A DNA stretch of 64,000 nt from an uncultured Candidatus Saccharibacteria bacterium (GCA_964412965.1 CAYPQU010000002.1:26004-90003), one strand, 5' to 3'. Counted from the first letter of the stretch, positions 39,608 through 49,504 are shown. Notes: generated by a model from the sequence alone, not told the origin. Made by a program: numbers and translations.

Positions 39608-40444
39608 ATGGAAACAATAAGTGACGCAACTGTAAAAGAATTAAAGAAGATAGCAAATGATATTCGAAAAAAGATTATCGAAATATTAGCTGTAGCTGGG
39701 TCAGGACACACTGCTGGATCTCTGGGAATGGCAGACATTTTGACTTTGTTGTATTTTTATGCCCTAAAACACGATCCCAAAAATCCAAGCTGGGAAAGAA
39801 GGGACCGCCTAATACTATCAAATGGGCACATATGTCCTGTTTTGTACGCTACCATGGCCAAGTCAGGTTATTTTCCCGAAGAAGAGCTTTTAACTCTACG
39901 CAAACTAGGATCACGATTGCAAGGACATCCACACAAAGAGTTCATGCCCTGGATTGAAACTTCTTCGGGTCCACTGGGATCAGGGTTATCTCAAGCTGTA
40001 GGAATGGCAATTGTTGATAAAATTTATGACGGGAATAAAACTTTTTACGCATTATTGTCAGACGGTGAACTAAATGAGGGTAATACTTGGGAAGCAATTC
40101 TTTTGGCCACTAAATACAAATTAAATAATTTAATTATTATTATTGATCGCAATCATATCCAAATAGGAGGTAATACCGAAAAGGTTTTACCTTTAGAAGA
40201 TCTAAAAGATAAATTTAAAGCATTTAACTGTTTTACCAATGAAATAGATGGACATAATTTTAGAGAAATTAACAACGCTATTTATCAAGCAAAGAAAAAT
40301 ACAGCTGGAGTCTCTGTTGTAATAGCCAAGACCATTCCGAGCAAGGGGGTTAAAAACTGGGAAAATGATTTTACTTGGCACGGCAGGGCTCCCACAAAAG
40401 AAGAAGCATTAAAAGCAATCATTGAACTAGAAAATCATGCTTAA
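39608..40444 (+). CDS. Transketolase, N-terminal subunit
   Basis: SGHTAGSL, DRLILSNGH, LQGHP, SDGELNEG. Confidence 0.94.
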   Translation: METISDATVKELKKIANDIRKKIIEILAVAGSGHTAGSLGMADILTLLYFYALKHDPKNPSWERRDRLILSNGHICPVLYATMAKSGYFPEEELLTLRKLGSRLQGHPHKEFMPWIETSSGPLGSGLSQAVGMAIVDKIYDGNKTFYALLSDGELNEGNTWEAILLATKYKLNNLIIIIDRNHIQIGGNTEKVLPLEDLKDKFKAFNCFTNEIDGHNFREINNAIYQAKKNTAGVSVVIAKTIPSKGVKNWENDFTWHGRAPTKEEALKAIIELENHA

Positions 40445-41444
40445 CCAAAAATTAAAACTAAATACAAAATTATTTAATCCTGATGTAGAGAAAAAAACAA
40501 CCAGACGAGGTTTTGATGAAGCAATAACTAAACTAGGTGGCGAAAATCCAAATATTATAGCAATAAGTGCTGATCTAAGAGACTCTGTTGGATTGAAAAA
40601 TTTTTCCGAAAGGTTCCCAGAAAGATTCATAGAAGTTGGTGTAGCAGAACAAAATATGGCTGGGGTCGCAAGTGGAGTAGCCGCTATGGGTAAAATTCCT
40701 TTCATGGCATCGTATGCTGTTTTCAGCCCAGGAAGAAACTGGGAGCAGATTCGTACAACTATTTGTTACAACAATCAACCTGTAAAAATAATTGGATCTC
40801 ACGCAGGGGTAACCGTTGGTCCTGATGGAGGAAGTCATCAAGCTTTAGAAGATATTGCAATAACTCGAGTCCTTCCTAATATGGTTGTTTTAAGTCCTTG
40901 CGACAAAATAGAAGCTCAAAAAACAGTTATCGCTTGCTCGTCAACCAAAAATCCAACTTACATAAGGCTTTCTCGTAACGATACTCCTGTTATCACAACA
41001 GAAGAAACTCCTTTTGAAATAGGCAAAGCTCAAGTTTACTATTTTCCAGAAATAGGACTTGCCAAAGTAGGGATAATAGCAACAGGACCTATTTTACACA
41101 GAGCACTTTTAGCAGCTCGTGAGCTAGAAAAAAGGGGGATTAAAACAAAAGTGATAAACCTCTCAACTATAAAGCCATTAGACGAAGAATCCATTCTATC
41201 GTTAGCAAAAGAAACAGGGGCTATTGTGACAGTTGAAGACCACCAAATATCAGGTGGAATGGGAAGTGCTGTGGCAGAGCTTCTTTCTAAAAAATATCCA
41301 GTGCCAATAGAATTTGTTGGTGTAGAAGATAAGTTTGGACAATCTGGTGCTCCTGAGGAACTCGAAAAAATATACAGGCTAGATACCGAATCTATAATCA
41401 AAAAAGTAGAGCTAATTGCTGTTAGAAAAATTAATCAATCCTAG
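40437..41444 (+). CDS. Transketolase, C-terminal subunit
   Basis: EVGVAEQNM, GPDGGSHQALED, TVEDH. Confidence 0.94.
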   Translation: MLNQKLKLNTKLFNPDVEKKTTRRGFDEAITKLGGENPNIIAISADLRDSVGLKNFSERFPERFIEVGVAEQNMAGVASGVAAMGKIPFMASYAVFSPGRNWEQIRTTICYNNQPVKIIGSHAGVTVGPDGGSHQALEDIAITRVLPNMVVLSPCDKIEAQKTVIACSSTKNPTYIRLSRNDTPVITTEETPFEIGKAQVYYFPEIGLAKVGIIATGPILHRALLAARELEKRGIKTKVINLSTIKPLDEESILSLAKETGAIVTVEDHQISGGMGSAVAELLSKKYPVPIEFVGVEDKFGQSGAPEELEKIYRLDTESIIKKVELIAVRKINQS

Positions 41445-42429
41445 TAGGACAAGCATTGTTTCCAAGCTCTGTCTGTATTTTTTCTAATTGTTCCTTGTTT
41501 AATAATCCTTGATGAGGCCCAACAAATTGAACTACAGACTTAGAATTTATAGTGCCCCACACTAAAGCTTCCTCTATAGTTTTCTCATAAACTAAAGCGG
41601 AAACAAAAGCTCCTGAAAAAGCATCGCCAGCTCCAGTATTTTCAAGTGTTTTTGATTCTTCATAGAAAGATTTCATATATAGCATTTTCTCTCCATCAAA
41701 AGAATATGAGCCATTAACACCATCTGTGATAACCACAAGCTTTGGACCAAGTTTAAACATTTCCGATAGTAAAAATTTTATATCTTCATTATCTGTACTT
41801 AAAACTTTTTGAGATTCTTCCTTGTTCGAGAAAAATATATTGGCTCTTTTGTACAAATCTTTAAGCTTTTCAACTCCTAGTCTTATTTGAAACGTTCCTG
41901 GTTGTATAGCAAAAGAAACATCTGGATGATCATTTAAATATTTTAATATTTCTTCGTGATAAGTAAGGGAGTTAGAAGACAGGGAAGACAAATATATCCA
42001 GCGAGGAGTCTCTCTGATTTCAGGTAATTTATATGGATAATCTACGTGGTGAACCAAAATAGTTCTTTCTCCTTTATACCAAAGCACATAATGATAATTT
42101 GATTCCATATCTTTAATTATTTCGATATTAGAAGTATCTACATTTTCTTCTATGAGCTTTTCTATGTCTTTTGAACCTGTGTCATCATTACCAACATAAG
42201 AAACTAGACTTGTTTTGAGACCAAGCCTACTTCCAGCAATAGAAACATTTGAACTATTACCAACAGCAAAACACTCTAAAGCTGATTCGTAAGGGACCTT
42301 TCCCCCATAGTCTAAACACAAATTAAATTCATTACTATTTTTTTCTGGCTCTATTTCAGCCTCTTTGATTTTAATAAACGGCTCTGCCGCAATATCTCCT
42401 ATAGCCAAGATATCTACTTTGTTTTCCAT
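41431..42429 (-). CDS. PfkB family carbohydrate kinase
   Basis: GNSSN, VGNDDTG, NTGAGDAF. Confidence 0.9.
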   Translation of the reverse strand: MENKVDILAIGDIAAEPFIKIKEAEIEPEKNSNEFNLCLDYGGKVPYESALECFAVGNSSNVSIAGSRLGLKTSLVSYVGNDDTGSKDIEKLIEENVDTSNIEIIKDMESNYHYVLWYKGERTILVHHVDYPYKLPEIRETPRWIYLSSLSSNSLTYHEEILKYLNDHPDVSFAIQPGTFQIRLGVEKLKDLYKRANIFFSNKEESQKVLSTDNEDIKFLLSEMFKLGPKLVVITDGVNGSYSFDGEKMLYMKSFYEESKTLENTGAGDAFSGAFVSALVYEKTIEEALVWGTINSKSVVQFVGPHQGLLNKEQLEKIQTELGNNACPTRID

Positions 42430-42468
42430 ATATTTATATTGTATCATATTGTGATATAATAAATAAGT

Positions 42469-43359
42469 ATGATTAAGTCATTACGAGAATACATAAAAGA
42501 GGCCGAGGCAAACAAAGTTGCTATTGGTCATTTCAATATTTCTAATTTAGAGGGATTAAAGGGAGTTTATGAAGGAGCTAAAAAAGTATCCGCTGATGTA
42601 GGTTATAAAATACCAATTATAATCGGGGTGTCAGAGCCAGAAGAGAACTTTATCGGAACAAACAAAATAGTGGTATTAATAAAAGAGATTAGAGAAAATG
42701 ATAATTATCCTATCTTTCTAAATGCTGACCATCACTATTCTTTTTCTTCAGTCAAAAAATGCATAGATGCTGGTTTCGATTCTGTAATCATAGATGCTGT
42801 TAAATTACCCCTAGAAGAAAACATTTCTTTAACCAAAGAGTGTGTTGTCTACGCCAAAGAAATCTCAAGAAGGGAAGAGCGTGATATTTTAGTAGAATCT
42901 GAGATAGGTTTTATCGGGCAATCATCCAAAATACTAGAAAAAATTCCTGATGAAATAGATACAGAAAAATTAACAAAAACAGAGGATGCAGAATATTTTG
43001 CTAGGGAAACTGGAATAGACTTATTAGCACCTTCTGTCGGAAATATACATGGCATGATAAGGGGGGGGAATCCAAAATTAGACATTGAAAGAATAGCGTC
43101 AATAAGAACATCTTCCAACATACCACTCGTTTTGCATGGGGGTTCTGGTATAAGTGATGAAGATTTTGTTAAAGCCATAAATGCTGGTATAAGTATAATT
43201 CACATAAGTACTGAAATACGAGTTGCGTATAAGGAAGCATTATTGAAGGCAATAAAAGACAACCCAGACGAAATTGCTCCTTATCGATATCTAAAAAACG
43301 CCGTTGAAAAAATATCTGACGTGGTCGAAAAGCGAATCAGATTATTCAACAAATTATAA
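42469..43359 (+). CDS. fba: Class II fructose-bisphosphate aldolase
   Basis: NADH, ESEIG, APSVGNIHG, PLVLHGGSG. Confidence 0.92.
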   Translation: MIKSLREYIKEAEANKVAIGHFNISNLEGLKGVYEGAKKVSADVGYKIPIIIGVSEPEENFIGTNKIVVLIKEIRENDNYPIFLNADHHYSFSSVKKCIDAGFDSVIIDAVKLPLEENISLTKECVVYAKEISRREERDILVESEIGFIGQSSKILEKIPDEIDTEKLTKTEDAEYFARETGIDLLAPSVGNIHGMIRGGNPKLDIERIASIRTSSNIPLVLHGGSGISDEDFVKAINAGISIIHISTEIRVAYKEALLKAIKDNPDEIAPYRYLKNAVEKISDVVEKRIRLFNKL

Positions 43360-43391
43360 AATTAACAATAATATAAAAACAAAAAATAAAT

Positions 43392-43673
43392 ATGTTCAAT
43401 TTTTTAAAAAAATTAGAATCTCCGGTAACAGAAGAGCAAAATGAGGATTCAGTGATTGTAGATACTAGTTACAAAAACAATATAGAGAACATGGAGAAAA
43501 TAGATTACACCTCCCTTCTTAATGAAAACGAAATAGAATGGAAAAGAGAAGACGTAGAAGAAGCAAAAAACAAATTTGAATTAGTTAAAGACCAATTGTC
43601 CGAAGATTTTTCCTCAAAATCTTACAACGAAAGAATGGAAATTGTAAATCAAATTATTGAAAATCAAGCATAA
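43392..43673 (+). CDS. Hypothetical acidic protein
   Basis: 93 aa ORF co-oriented with neighbours. Confidence 0.6.
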   Translation: MFNFLKKLESPVTEEQNEDSVIVDTSYKNNIENMEKIDYTSLLNENEIEWKREDVEEAKNKFELVKDQLSEDFSSKSYNERMEIVNQIIENQA

Positions 43674-43679
43674 TAAAAC

Positions 43680-43997
43680 ATGCACTGGATTATTCCACTA
43701 GTCCTGTTAATAATATTCGAATCCCTGGCTGATATATTTGCCAAAGAATACTCAATCAAAGGACACTGGTATTTTTGGGTTGCCGGAATAATAGGATATA
43801 TTATAGCCAATACTTTTTGGTTGTCAGCAATTAAAAACGGATCACAATTAGGAAGAGGTGCAATTATTTTCTCTGTTGTTTCGGCTATCTTGGCTTTAAT
43901 AATTGGAGTTTATTTTTACCACGAAAATACTAATAAAATTCAGATTATTGGCATGATTCTAGGAATCGTGTCTATCGTTTTAATTTTTTGGGAATAA
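43680..43997 (+). CDS. SMR/DMT family small 4-TM transporter
   Basis: 105 aa, four TM helices, Glu in TM1 (IIFESLAD). Confidence 0.75.
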   Translation: MHWIIPLVLLIIFESLADIFAKEYSIKGHWYFWVAGIIGYIIANTFWLSAIKNGSQLGRGAIIFSVVSAILALIIGVYFYHENTNKIQIIGMILGIVSIVLIFWE

Positions 43998-44036
43998 CCA
44001 TTGCAAAATATAGCCTTTTGTGCTATCGTAATAAAC

Positions 44037-44669
44037 ATGAATAAATTAACCGCAACAATGCGAAGTAAAACAGACAAGCTTGTCGACATACGAAAGAGTG
44101 GTATGGTCCCAGCTGTTGTTTATGGCGCTCGTGTGGAAAACACTACAATTTCCGTACCGAGTCTCGACTTCGAAAAAACATTAAAAGCAGTGGGTGAATC
44201 AAGCACACTAACCCTAGAATTAAAAGATAAAAAAATTGAAGTTCTAATACACGAAATTCAAAGAGATCCAGTAAAAGGCTTTCCTTTACATGTTGATTTC
44301 TTGGCGATAGACGTTAATAAACCTATTGTTGTCATGATTCCTGTGGAGTTCGTGGGAATTGCACCAGCAGAAAAAAATGGGCTAGGAGTTTTAATTAAAA
44401 CACTTCATGAAATAGAAGTGGAGGCTCTTCCAAAAGATCTTCCATACAACATAGAAGTTGACTTGTCTGTTCTAGAAAATATTGACGATCAAATCAGGGT
44501 AGAAAGCATCAAGGCTTCAAACAATGTCACGATTAAAACTGATAGCGAAGAAGTGCTTGCGATTATTGCCCCTATGACAGAAGAGAAAACAGAAGAAACA
44601 CCTTCTGTGGATATCTCTTCAATAGAAGTAGAAAAAAAGGGTAAAAAAGAAGAAGAAACTGACAAATAA
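44037..44669 (+). CDS. rplY: 50S ribosomal protein L25/Ctc
   Basis: VPAVVYG, QRDPV, HVDF, EVEALPKDLP. Confidence 0.95.
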   Translation: MNKLTATMRSKTDKLVDIRKSGMVPAVVYGARVENTTISVPSLDFEKTLKAVGESSTLTLELKDKKIEVLIHEIQRDPVKGFPLHVDFLAIDVNKPIVVMIPVEFVGIAPAEKNGLGVLIKTLHEIEVEALPKDLPYNIEVDLSVLENIDDQIRVESIKASNNVTIKTDSEEVLAIIAPMTEEKTEETPSVDISSIEVEKKGKKEEETDK

Positions 44670-44670
44670 T

Positions 44671-44721
44671 ACAATTAACAATAAAACCCCTTTAATCTTA
44701 AGGGGTTTTATTGTTAATTGT
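44671..44721 (+). terminator. Long terminator hairpin after rplY
   Basis: acaattaacaataaaacccctt/aaggggttttattgttaattgt. Confidence 0.75.
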
Positions 44722-44752
44722 GAACTTCCTATCTAGTTGCTATAATAGATTC

Positions 44753-46216
44753 ATGAGTTTTTATAAAAGAAAGCGTTTTTCATTTTTGTTAATTTTTATT
44801 TTTATTTTAGGGATCTTTTTAAGTGGACAAGTCTTTGCTGATGTACTATTAGAGAATGCTCAAGCTGACAAACAAAAGTTAGAAGCAGAACTGGCTAATT
44901 TGGAAAAAGAAATTGCCGCCAAACAAAAAGAACTAGACAAACAAAAAGGACAATCAGTGTCATTGTCTCGGGATATTTCTATATTAAGTGCACAAATTGA
45001 GAAATCAAAATTAGATATTAGAGCAAAAAATCTTGTTATTCAAAAACTAGGAGGAGAAATTACAGCAAAAAACAAAAAAATAGAAGCTCTATCTACTAAA
45101 CTATCAAAAGAAAAAGAATCACTAGCTCAGCTGATTAGAAAAGAAAGACAACTAGATGATAAATCTATAGTTTCTGTGATTTTGTCACAAGACAGAATCT
45201 CTGATGCTTACGGAGATATAGTTTCTTTTGGAGCAATCAAAAAAGGTATTCAGTCGTCAATAGACGAGATTAGAGGAGTGAGAACCATGACAGAAGCTGA
45301 AAGAAAAAGCTTAGAAGAAAAGAAGAACCTGGAAACAGACACTAAAGCTGAATTAGAGAATGCTAAAGCTAAAGTGGAAACAAGCGAAGCAGAAAAACAA
45401 AGACTTCTCTCAATAAGTAAAAACAAAGAAACAGAATATCAAAAAATACTTGCCGAAAAAGCAAAAAAAAGAGCAGAAATATTAGCTGCCATCTTTAATC
45501 TTGTAGGCGGAAACAAGCAGATAAACTTCGAAACAGCTTTAGTCTATGCCCGGGAGGCGCAAAAACTAACAGGCATAGACCCAGCTTTTTTGTTGGCTAT
45601 TTTGACTCAAGAAAGTAATTTAGGTGAAAATGTTGGACAATGTTATTTAACAGACACAACGACAGGAAACGGAAAGGGGGCTAATACAGGTAGTGCTCAA
45701 AAAAGAGTAATGAGCCCAACCAGAGATGTACCAGTGTTCCTAGATATTGTCTCTAAGCTTGGTTTAGATTATTCAACGACTAGAGTTTCTTGTTGGATAC
45801 CGATGTATAGAACTAAATATGATGAAAAACTTAAAAAATATGTGACAGACTATAGTCAACCTTACGGATGGGGTGGGGCTATGGGGCCAGCCCAGTTCAT
45901 TCCTTCAACATGGAAAATGTTTGAATCCCGCCTAAAAACAGTTCTTGGCTATAACGCCAGTCCTTGGAATCCCAAAGATGCTTTTACAGCATCTGCTATG
46001 TACCTCACCGACTTAGGAGCTATCGGTAATAGTTCTAGCGCCCAAATAAAAGCAGCTTGCAGGTATTATGGGACTGGTTTAAACCAAATATACAACGAAA
46101 AAACAAAAAAATATGAAACAGCTAAAAGTGGCTCCGGGACTACTTGTTCATACGGCAGAAGCGTTATAGGTCATAAAACAAAAATTCAAGCCAATATCGA
46201 TCTGTTGCAAGATTAG
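44753..46216 (+). CDS. Coiled-coil lytic transglycosylase (SLT/MltB-like)
   Basis: Signal peptide, coiled coil, AILTQESN, GAMGPAQFIPSTW, SAMYL. Confidence 0.88.
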   Translation: MSFYKRKRFSFLLIFIFILGIFLSGQVFADVLLENAQADKQKLEAELANLEKEIAAKQKELDKQKGQSVSLSRDISILSAQIEKSKLDIRAKNLVIQKLGGEITAKNKKIEALSTKLSKEKESLAQLIRKERQLDDKSIVSVILSQDRISDAYGDIVSFGAIKKGIQSSIDEIRGVRTMTEAERKSLEEKKNLETDTKAELENAKAKVETSEAEKQRLLSISKNKETEYQKILAEKAKKRAEILAAIFNLVGGNKQINFETALVYAREAQKLTGIDPAFLLAILTQESNLGENVGQCYLTDTTTGNGKGANTGSAQKRVMSPTRDVPVFLDIVSKLGLDYSTTRVSCWIPMYRTKYDEKLKKYVTDYSQPYGWGGAMGPAQFIPSTWKMFESRLKTVLGYNASPWNPKDAFTASAMYLTDLGAIGNSSSAQIKAACRYYGTGLNQIYNEKTKKYETAKSGSGTTCSYGRSVIGHKTKIQANIDLLQD

Positions 46217-46241
46217 TTATTTCGTGATAATATAACGTAAT

Positions 46242-46460
46242 ATGAAGAAAGATATACACCCAAAACATAACGATAAAGCAAACGTAAATTGTGCTTGCGG
46301 GGCGACATTTGCTGTTGGTTCTACCATGGATGATATTCATGTTGAAATATGTAGTCAATGCCATCCTTTTTATACAGGTAATGAAAAAATCCTAGACACA
46401 GCTGGAAGAGTTGATAGATTCAAGAAGAGAGTAGCACTAGCTGATAAAAAGAAGAAATAA
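46242..46460 (+). CDS. rpmE: 50S ribosomal protein L31, zinc-binding type
   Basis: [27 protein letters not shown]. Confidence 0.98.
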   Translation: MKKDIHPKHNDKANVNCACGATFAVGSTMDDIHVEICSQCHPFYTGNEKILDTAGRVDRFKKRVALADKKKK

Positions 46461-46548
46461 ATTGCAAGTTATTAATAAAAAGCTCTTTCGGGCTTTTTAT
46501 TTTTGCAATTAAAGGTATAATTATTATTGTATTTAAAAACTTTTACCA

Positions 46549-47520
46549 ATGGAATTAGACATAGAACAACTAAAGAAAAATTATAAAACTAGTTATTTCG
46601 CAGAAGAGTACGAGCGTCTTTTGGGTGAAGAAGAAAAAATAAACGAGATGATTAAGTCAGATGAAAGTCTAAAGGAACTAGCAACTGAGGAAATTCAGAA
46701 TTTAAATTTTCAGAAAGAAGCTATACAAAGACAAGTAGAAGAAATATTGAAAAAAGAAGAGGAAGAAGAGGAATTCCCTAATGAAATAATTATGGAGATC
46801 AGGGCTGGCGCAGGAGGAGATGAAGCTTCTTTGTTTGCCTGGGAATTAGCCAGAATGTATGAAAAGTATGTTGAAAAATTAAGATGGAATTGGAAAATTT
46901 TAGACGAATCAATAAATGATGTCGGAGGATACAAAGAGGCTACTTTTGAGATAAAAGGGCAAGATTCTTATAAAATCCTTCGCTTTGAAACTGGAGTTCA
47001 TCGAGTTCAAAGAGTTCCTGCAACTGAAAAGAACGGGAGGATACATACTTCCACAGCTTCTGTTGCTATTTTACCAATCAGAAAGAAAACTAATGTGGTA
47101 ATCAATCCTGCTGATATAGAGATAGAATATTCTCGTTCTGGGGGAGCAGGAGGGCAGAACGTTAACAAAGTTGAAACAGCGGTTCGCCTTATTCATAAGC
47201 CAACAGGGGTGGATGTTCGTTGCACTACAGAAAGAAAACAATTGGATAACAGAGAAAAAGCCATGGAAATCTTGACTTCAAAATTACAGATGATGAAAGA
47301 CCAAGAAGAAGAAAAAAAATATGCTAGCGATAGGAAAAATCAAATTGGAACAAATGACAGAAGTGAAAAAATAAGAACCTATAATTTTCCTCAAGACAGA
47401 ATCACCGACCACAGAATAAAGCAATCTTGGTCAAATATTCCAAATATCATGAATGGCAATATTGACAAGATAATAGAAGCTCTTTCGTCGGGAGAAGTGG
47501 GGGACGCGGACGATGAATAA
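46549..47520 (+). CDS. prfA: Peptide chain release factor 1 (short N-terminus)
   Basis: HRVQRVPAT (PxT), [20 protein letters not shown]. Confidence 0.96.
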   Translation: MELDIEQLKKNYKTSYFAEEYERLLGEEEKINEMIKSDESLKELATEEIQNLNFQKEAIQRQVEEILKKEEEEEEFPNEIIMEIRAGAGGDEASLFAWELARMYEKYVEKLRWNWKILDESINDVGGYKEATFEIKGQDSYKILRFETGVHRVQRVPATEKNGRIHTSTASVAILPIRKKTNVVINPADIEIEYSRSGGAGGQNVNKVETAVRLIHKPTGVDVRCTTERKQLDNREKAMEILTSKLQMMKDQEEEKKYASDRKNQIGTNDRSEKIRTYNFPQDRITDHRIKQSWSNIPNIMNGNIDKIIEALSSGEVGDADDE

Positions 47521-47579
47521 AGTTTGACAAAAACAATCTTTCTTGTAAAATTAATTCTAAATCAAAAAGGAGGTGAGAA

Positions 47580-47810
47580 ATGAAAAAAGAACGAGAATTT
47601 AATTTTTCCAACATTACATTAATCCTTGTGGGTGCTATTGTTCTATTCTTGGGGATAATCCTTATCGCAAACTTGACTCCTGTAAACAAATGGACTGAAT
47701 TCCATGAGTTTCTTAAGGGTTACGGAGCTAATGCAGCTCTAATCTTAGGTGGAACCATATCACTAATAGGCATGATGCTCATTTTTGTCTCTCTTAAAAC
47801 CAACAAGTAG
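47580..47810 (+). CDS. Small two-TM protein
   Basis: Own TTGACA/TAAAAT promoter, AGGAGGTGA SD, terminator at 47832-47860. Confidence 0.8.
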   Translation: MKKEREFNFSNITLILVGAIVLFLGIILIANLTPVNKWTEFHEFLKGYGANAALILGGTISLIGMMLIFVSLKTNK

Positions 47811-47865
47811 GAGAGTTTCTGAATCTTTAGGGTGAGCCTAGACTTTATCTAGGCTCATTTTGTTT

Positions 47866-48090
47866 TTGCTATTTTAAAGTATTTATGATATAATATATAG
47901 AGTAGTTAGCTTATGTTTTGGTATTAGTTTCATCCTTCGTATGTGTAAACATTGGGGTATGTAAATGAAATCGGGCTATGCGATTACATTTATAAGTTCT
48001 GACCTAGTGTCAGAATCCGACTTAAATCGGATTAGTTTAATTTTGCAATTCGGTATCTTGTGTAAAGTTTTGCAAATACAATTGTCATAT
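47866..48090 (+). promoter_or_regulatory. Promoter and ~190 nt structured 5' leader of the RRM gene
   Basis: TTGCTA-N17-TATAAT (47866-47894); hairpins at 47997-48015 and 48014-48033. Confidence 0.55.
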
Positions 48091-48366
48091 ATGGCAAAAA
48101 AGTTATATGTTGGAGGTCTACCTTACAGTACTTCTAACGACGAGCTAAAAGCTCATTTCAGTACAGCAGGAGAAGTTTCTTCTGCAACCATTATCATGGA
48201 TAAGATGACAAATCGCTCAAAAGGTTTTGGATTCGTAGAATTCGAAAACGATGCTGATGCTGAACAAGCCATCTCAATGTTTGACGGTAAAGATTTCGGA
48301 GGAAGAAAGCTTACAGTAAATGAAGCTCGACCCATGGAAGAAAGACCTAGAAACTTTCAAAGATAA
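48091..48366 (+). CDS. RRM (RNP-1) RNA-binding protein
   Basis: RNP2 LYVGGL, RNP1 KGFGFVEF, LTVNEARP. Confidence 0.96.
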   Translation: MAKKLYVGGLPYSTSNDELKAHFSTAGEVSSATIIMDKMTNRSKGFGFVEFENDADAEQAISMFDGKDFGGRKLTVNEARPMEERPRNFQR

Positions 48367-48405
48367 ACAAAAAACCACATATTTAAAGTATGTGGTTTTT
48401 TGTTT
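48365..48405 (+). terminator. Intrinsic terminator after the RRM gene
   Basis: aaacaaaaaaccacata/tatgtggttttttgttt. Confidence 0.75.
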
Positions 48406-48457
48406 GCAAAATAATACTTTTTTTGTTATATTTTTAGAGTTAAATAATAAATTTAAT

Positions 48458-48704
48458 GCGTGTGTAGTTCAGTGGTAGAACGCTGTTCTGAGTTTTTATA
48501 AAAATAAATGGTTCATTCGTTAAAAATGAGAAAATAAATAGTTTCTTGAGTGCGTGTGTAGTTCAGTGGTAGAACGCTGTCCTGATAAGACAGAGGTCGA
48601 AGGTCCGATTCCTTCCACACGCACTGAGGACATTATTTATTTTTCATTTTAACTCACTGCCATTTAAAAGACAGAGGTCGAAGGTCCGATTCCTTCCACA
48701 TGCA
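48458..48704 (+). other. Split outer tRNA-Ile copy (5' half 48458-48491, 3' half 48668-48704) interrupted in the anticodon by a ~176 bp element that contains an intact tRNA
   Basis: Each half matches the inner tRNA with one C>T change. Confidence 0.9.
48552..48623 (+). tRNA. tRNA-Ile(GAU)
   Basis: GCGTGTG/CACACGC acceptor stem, CTGTC-CT-GAT-AA-GACAG anticodon arm, GAAGG-TCCGATT-CCTTC T arm; CCA not encoded. Confidence 0.94.
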
Positions 48705-48708
48705 CAAC

Positions 48709-49398
48709 ATGATTCTTCAAGAATTACTATCTCAAAGAGACACTCAAAAAGAAGAGGTTTTTGTTCATTTTTTTAAAACAGGAAAAGGCCAGTATGGGGA
48801 AGGAGATCTCTTTCTTGGAATTAGTGTTCCTGAAACAAGAAAGATTGCTCTTAAATACAAAAATTTATCTTTAGAAAAAATACAAAAACTTTTAAATAAT
48901 AAGTACCACGAATGCAGGCTAGCTGCTCTAATGATTTTAGTTTACCAATTTAAAAAAGGCGACGACAATCTAAAAACAAAAATATTTAATTTTTACCTAA
49001 AAAATACTAAAAACATAAATAGCTGGGATTTGGTAGATTTGTCTGTTTACCATATAGTAGGGGATTATCTTCTAGGCAGAGATAGAAAAATTTTATACAA
49101 ACTAGCTAAATCTAAAAATATGTGGGAGCGCAGAATGTCTATGGTTTCAACTTTTGCTTTTATAAAAAACAGAGAACTTAATGATACCTTCAACATAACC
49201 AAAATACTTATTTCAGACAAAGAAGATCTTATTCATAAAGCTTGTGGTTGGATGCTAAGAGAAGCCGGCAAAAGAGTCTCAGAAAAAGAATTAACTAATT
49301 TTTTAGAGAACAATACTTTTAATATGCCTCGAACCATGCTCCGATACGCCATTGAGAGGTTGCCCGAACCTAAAAGACAATATTTCCTCAAAAAATAA
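48709..49398 (+). CDS. AlkD-like DNA alkylation repair protein
   Basis: FFKTGKGQYGEGD, NSWDLVD, WERR, KACGWMLRE, RTMLRYAIE. Confidence 0.92.
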   Translation: MILQELLSQRDTQKEEVFVHFFKTGKGQYGEGDLFLGISVPETRKIALKYKNLSLEKIQKLLNNKYHECRLAALMILVYQFKKGDDNLKTKIFNFYLKNTKNINSWDLVDLSVYHIVGDYLLGRDRKILYKLAKSKNMWERRMSMVSTFAFIKNRELNDTFNITKILISDKEDLIHKACGWMLREAGKRVSEKELTNFLENNTFNMPRTMLRYAIERLPEPKRQYFLKK

Positions 49399-49504
49399 AG
49401 GGTGCGTTTAATTGATTTTAATCTAAAATTTTAGTATAAATATAGACGTATAAGGGGCTACCCCTTTTTTGTTTGTAATTTTTATTATTAATTTATATTA
49501 TTTT

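Noticed and set aside
47965-48090. N-terminal extension of the RRM protein
   Set aside because: The RRM fold starts at MAKKLYVGG (48091); the upstream sequence is better read as 5' UTR
48492-48667. Group I or II intron in tRNA-Ile
   Set aside because: Non-tRNA parts total about 100 AT-rich nt forming a simple stem; no ribozyme core motifs
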